Source: Podarcis pityusensis
Taxonomy: Eukaryota
Direction: 5' to 3' (one strand)
Length of the DNA stretch: 64,000 nt
Assembly: GCA_964106645.2 (NCBI GenBank)
Contig: OZ067041.1
In this document: in pieces, positions 59,121 to 64,000 of the stretch
Numbering within the stretch: position 1 is the stretch's first letter
Layout of the letters: the number at the start of each line of letters is the position of its first letter
Translations under genes and position numbers: made by a program
The notes under the pieces: generated by a model
Database searches by the model: none
Told to the model about the DNA's origin: nothing
The model's input: the letters and a program-made list of their open reading frames with translations, nothing else

Positions 59121-62100
59121 TTCACCGACTCGCAAGTCCAAGTCTTCACTCCCGTCTGCCAAGGAAAGCTGTTTCGCTCTCACCAACTGCCGCTGCCCGT
59201 CTGGAACCACGATTGGCCAAACCGACTCGCCTACGCGATGCAAGCTGAACGTCACGGTGCTCATTGAAGGAGCTCCATGTGACATGGAGATCGACACCGG
59301 GTCTGCCCTGTCCATTGTGTCTTGGAGCACCATCAAAAGACTGGTACCCAGAGTGTCCAAAAGGCAACTCGACTCTCACCGCGTACACCTGAGAGACTAC
59401 CAGGGAAACGACATTCCCGTGGTAGGCATTGGCCGGTTCCGGATCGCCTTCAAGGATTTTTCAGGCCTGCTCCGACTGGTGGTGGTCGAAGGTCAGCGGC
59501 CAAGCCTCCTAGGGCTAGACTGGTTTGATGCCCTCGGCCTGGAAGTCACCGGCATCAACTGCATCTCTAACGCAGAGACTGAGGGTCTGGTCAAAGACTT
59601 TGCCGAGGTTTTTGACGGCACTTTGGGGCAATATACAGGTACGCCCATCTCCTTTAGCCTTGATCCACAAGTCGCCCCCATCAAGCTAAAGCCACGCTGG
59701 GTTCCCTTTGCTCTCAAGGCTAAGGTGGACGAACAACTGAACAAGCTGATCGCCCAAGGAGTTTTGGAGCACGGCACGGTTGACCACGCCAAGTGGGAAA
59801 CCCCCATTGTCACGCCTGTCAAGCCAGACGGGTCGGTGAGAATCTGCGCTGACTACAAGTGCACGATCAACAAGGCACTTCAGCAGCACGCTTATCCGGT
59901 TCCTGTTGTCCAACACCTGCTGCATTCTCTGGTTGAGGGTAAGGTCTTCGCTAAGCTGGACCTTGCCCAAGCCTATCAGCAACTGCCCATTGATGATGCC
60001 ACTGCTGAAGCCCAGACGATCGTCACCCACCGAGGGGCATTCCGTTGCCGCCGGTTGCAGTTCGGGGTGAGTGTGGCTCCTGGCATCTTCCAAAGCCTTA
60101 TGGAGCGTCTCCTGCAAGGGCTTCCGGGCGTGGTACCATATTTTGATGACGTCTTGGTGTCCGCAGACTCACACCAGCAGCTGTTCGAGCGCCTCCGTGC
60201 CGTGCTGACCAGGTTCCAAGAGGCCGGGCTCAAGGTAAAGAGGGAGAAGTGCCAGATCGCCGTTCCACAGGTAGAGTTCCTTGGCTATCTTATCGACGCC
60301 TCCGGCCTTCACCCGACCACATCCAAGATCCGCGCTATCCAGCAGGCCCCCATCCCAAAAAACAAGATGAAGTTGCAGGCGTTCCTGGGGCTGCTGAACT
60401 TTTATAACATGTTCCTGCCCCACAAAGCCACGGTGGCTGAGCCTCTTCACCGACTCCTCAGCACAAAGATGCCTTGGTCCTGGGGTCATCGGGAGACGGC
60501 GGCCTTCAACGCGGTCAAGGCTCTCCTTTCATCGGACCGTGTACAGTATAGTGAATCCAGGCCGCTGGTCCTTGCCTGCGACGCCTCACCTTTTGGCATC
60601 GGCGCTGTCCTTAGTCACCGTTTTCCAGACGGAAGAGAAGCACCGCTCGCCTACTTTTCCAGGACGCTATCTCTGACGGAACGGAATTACAGCCAGCTCG
60701 ACAAGGAGGCACTGGCACTTGTGGCTGGAGTGAAGAGGTTCCATGAATACCTCTATGGCAGGACTTTTGACCTCATCACTGACCACAAGCCGCTCCTGGG
60801 CCTCCTCACCGGTGATCGTCCAACTCCACCGGTCCTCTCGCCACGCATGCTGCGATGGACTGTTTTCCTGGCTGCCTACCACTACTGGCTCGTCCATCAC
60901 CCGGGGAAATCGATGGGCCATGCCGACGCGCTCAGCCGTTGCCCTCTTCCAGCGTTTGTGGAAGACCCGGCTCCAGCTTCATCGCTCCTCCTGATTGAGG
61001 ATCTTCCGGCAGCGCCTGTATCGGCTGCCACTGTGGCCTCCGCATCTGCCCAGGATCGCACCATCAGTCGTGTGCTCAACTGGGTGTGGAGGGGGTGGCC
61101 ACAAGGGCCTTTTGCATCGGAGTTCCAGCCCTTCGCAACCAGACATGAACTCTCGGCTCATAGCGGCTGTCTGCTTTGGGGAGACCGCGTCGTGATTCCC
61201 CAATGACTCCGTCAACGCGTCCTGGAGGCTCTGCACGTTGGCCACCTGGGAATTGTCAAAATGAAGGCATTGGCTCGGTGTTACGTCTGGTGGCCTAACA
61301 TGGACGATGCCATCACTGCCTGGGTGTCCGCCTGTCAAGCGTGCCAAGAATCGAGGCCTGCACCACCGGCAGCTAAGGGACACACCTGGGAGACGCCAAA
61401 GACACCCTGGTCGAGGGTGCACATCGATCTGGCTGGCCCCTTTCACGGCCGGACCTTTATGGTAGTGGTGGATGCCTATTCCAAATGGCTGGAGGTGGCC
61501 CTGATGCCCTCCACCACTACCGAGGCCATCATCCGGGTGCTGCGAGGCCTGTTTGCGATGCATGGGTGTCCTGATGTCCTTGTCTCCGACAACGGACCGC
61601 AGTTCACGTCAGGCACTTTTGAGCAGTATCTTTTGGGACTGGGCATCTGCCATGCCCTAACGGCACCATTTCATCCATCCAGCAACGGGCAAGCGGAGAG
61701 GATGGTGCGCTCGGCAAAAGAGGCACTGGCGCGCCTGGACCGGGGAGACTGGCACGAGCGGGTCGCCGAATACTTGTTCGTGCAACACATCACCCCTCAT
61801 GCGACCACAGGGCGGAGTCCTGCTGAACTGCTTATGGGCCGCCGCCTCAGGTCACCGCTCGACCGGCTGCACCCGGACTTTGCCGTGGCTGAACCCCCAG
61901 GCTGTGCCAATGCGCCACGGTCATTTGTTCCAGAAAACCAGGTCTTTGCCCGGAACTATGTGGGGGACATTCCTTGGGTGCCAGCCACAGTAGTGGGAGT
62001 CACTGGACCTCGCTCGTACCAGGTGGCACTCAAAGACGGGCGCTTGTGGCGCCGGCACATAGACCAGCTTAGGCGCAGGGTTGGGGACTTGGACACTACC

Positions 62101-62445
62101 GTGGTGCCCCAAACTGCGCTTGTGGCTCCAGAAGAGACACTTACAGATGGCGAGGCTCCACCTACACCTCCCTCGCAAACTGCCAGCGTGGAGCCGAACC
62201 AAGCCGCTTCAGAGGGTCTGCCAGACTTACCACAGACTCAGACCACTCCACTTGCGGAGGCTCCACCCACAGCAGCGGATCCAGGGGATTTGGTTTCAAT
62301 GCCACCTAGGGTCGCACCACAGCCTCAGCAAGAATTGGGTGGCCCCCCGGACTTGGCTACCAGTCCCCGGCGGTCTGGCAGAGTTTCCAAGCGCCCAACT
62401 TATTTAAAGGACTATGTTGTTGGACATGTATCACTGTTGGTCTAA
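59113..62445 (+). pseudogene. pol: Gypsy pol (protease-RT-RNase H-integrase) with one internal TGA
   Basis: PR DTGS; RT YFDD; RNase H DAS..E..TDH..DALS; IN HHCC and D(HIDLAG)-D(SDNG)-E(AERMV); TGA at 61204-61206 with the same frame continuing. Confidence 0.92.
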
Positions 62446-62546
62446 GTATGGGAAATGTAACCGATATGCTTTTGTGCCTAATTGAACCATTACGTGTAGT
62501 GCTGTATACAAGGAAACCATTACGATTGTAACTAACGCCTTATCTT

Positions 62547-62558
62547 GGTGGGGAGGGG
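62547..62558 (+). other. Polypurine tract
   Basis: GGTGGGGAGGGG immediately before the 3' LTR. Confidence 0.85.
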
Positions 62559-62804
62559 TGTTATGTACTGAAGTTCTCACCCGGGGCCAGCAGGGGGATA
62601 CTGTAGATAGTTTTCACTCAGGTCCACGTCAGTTATTTTAGGCGGGAAACCCTGGGTTGTTGTTGCTACAATGTTGACAGCCGGCTGCCTATAAAAGCAG
62701 GCCGGCTGAGCTGTTTGCTGTTCAGTTCTGTTCCAGCTTACAAAATAAAGAGCTGCTTTGGAGAAATCGCTGTGTCGTCTGCCATGTCCACCCACTATTC
62801 AACA
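62559..62804 (+). repeat. 3' LTR
   Basis: 246 bp; 4 substitutions relative to the 5' LTR. Confidence 0.96.
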
Positions 62805-63777
62805 GAAGAGGCATGAACAAAGTAAATTTTACAGGGCATTACTATGTATTTCATTGTGATTGGGACTCTATATCATATTATATACACCATGATTCTACCC
62901 TAGCAAAGATGAGTCATTTTCAATCCTGCCTTAACTTTAGACCCCTAATACTAATGACATTTTATTGCTTCAATTTCAGCTCACCTTTAGTAACTTGGAT
63001 ACTGACAGTTCAGATAAAACACAGACGTATAGGAAAATTCCACTATGAATTCCTTTCCTGTTTTCATCAGAAAGCTCAGCTCCCATTTATCTTTATAAAA
63101 TTGTTCTGTTCTTAATTGTTCCATAGGATTGTGTGACAGGGTTCTAATGTGATTTAAAAAAAAAACAATCAAAGAAGGGGATCTGTTGGGAAAAAGCATA
63201 GCAGTAATTGATAGTGCATGTGATTTTGGAGATTGATATTGTCTGGGTCGTGAGCAGGGTATGATTTGTTTTATGCAGTCAAATATGTAGTCCTCCATTT
63301 TGCATGGTTCGCCTCATTTGAGAGGGATCAAAATTTGCAAAGCAACTTTGGATGTGGGACTGGGGTCTGCCACTCAGATGGAAAAAGCAAATAATCCCAC
63401 ACAGAGAAGACCAGGGAAAGGAGACCATGCCTCAAAAGCAGGAGTTCCTCTATTCCTCTGCCCAGCACTCTAAGCAAAGAGGTGAGTTTGCAAGACATCT
63501 AAACACCTGTGGTGCCAAGCTCCTCTTCCTCCCTTTGCAATTCAGAAAAGCCACTGAGCTTTGAATGCACTGCTAATTCATTTGGGCACCATGCTTATGC
63601 CCTCTGCGTAGGAGTAGGTATGGAAGGTGTTAAGTGGCATCATGATATTCCCACTATTGCTTGTCAGTTCGTTAGTTATGGAAGACACTTATTTAGGGAG
63701 TGCCTTTGCCGCCAATGTAATGAACAAGGGATGGAGATGCCATCAACAGGGACTTTGGGAGTGGCTGCCATTTCTAT

Positions 63778-64000
63778 TGTTCTACGCCACCCCGATCTCT
63801 GAGCGGTGCGAGATTCCAGGGGTTCCAGGAGCTTACCCAGGGTTTGTGTTTTGTTTGGGGAATGAGTCACAGTGCAGACTGTGGTGTCTTTATGATATAT
63901 GGTTTATTTACACATATATACAACCTGAGCCTACAATAGAGGGGTTCACAGCATCAGCACCCCAAGAGGGTCTTGTTTCTCCCATAGCCACATCCTTGGA
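63778..64000 (-). mobile_element. LTR-like element (same family as 57248-57820), cut by the window end
   Basis: Shared CCACCCC(A/G)ATCTCTGAGCGGTG...GACTGTG(A/G)TGTCTTTA...GGTTTATTTAC. Confidence 0.55.

Larger units (their letters stand above)
57891..62804 (+). mobile_element. Full-length Ty3/Gypsy LTR retrotransposon (Mag-like), 4914 bp
   Basis: Two 246-bp TG...CA LTRs, 5-bp TSD GAAGA (57886-57890 and 62805-62809), PBS, PPT, gag + PR-RT-RH-IN. Confidence 0.97.

Noticed and set aside
59493-62202. Several antisense ORFs (up to 194 aa) within Gypsy pol
   Set aside because: Expected shadow ORFs of a GC-rich coding strand; no recognisable domain
57248-64000. The two older LTR-like copies as paired LTRs of one provirus enclosing the Gypsy
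   Set aside because: The first copy is bounded on both sides by halves of a SINE, the two copies are clearly diverged, and the DNA between them outside the Gypsy has no retroelement coding remnants

Overview
Vertebrate genomic DNA, most likely from a lacertid lizard. That is inferred from Sauria/Squam SINEs, BovB, CR1 and L2 repeats; no database search was run. Left part (+ strand): the last 11 coding exons of ITSN1, encoding the DH-PH-C2 extension of the long isoform. All have GT-AG junctions, the frame is continuous, and the stop is at 17769-17771. Convergent on the - strand is the complete 7-exon ATP5PO/OSCP gene (214 aa, CDS 27522->21913), with a CpG-rich promoter carrying NRF1, ZNF143, GC-box, ETS and YY1 motifs. 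From about 28 kb to the end I find no host protein-coding gene, only TE-rich intergenic DNA. It includes a full-length 4.9-kb Ty3/Gypsy (Mag-like) LTR retrotransposon (57891-62804) with 98.4% identical LTRs, a 5-bp TSD, a tRNA-Ser PBS, two nonsense codons and one frameshift. There are also several solo LTRs with TSDs and multiply nested SINE/MITE insertions. I do not find convincing evidence of a wholly new biological system. The best leads are the Gypsy element, nested insertions that order TE waves, an unexplained 97-nt hairpin, an inverted CR1 pair between the convergent 3' ends, and a CCAAT-array solo LTR.
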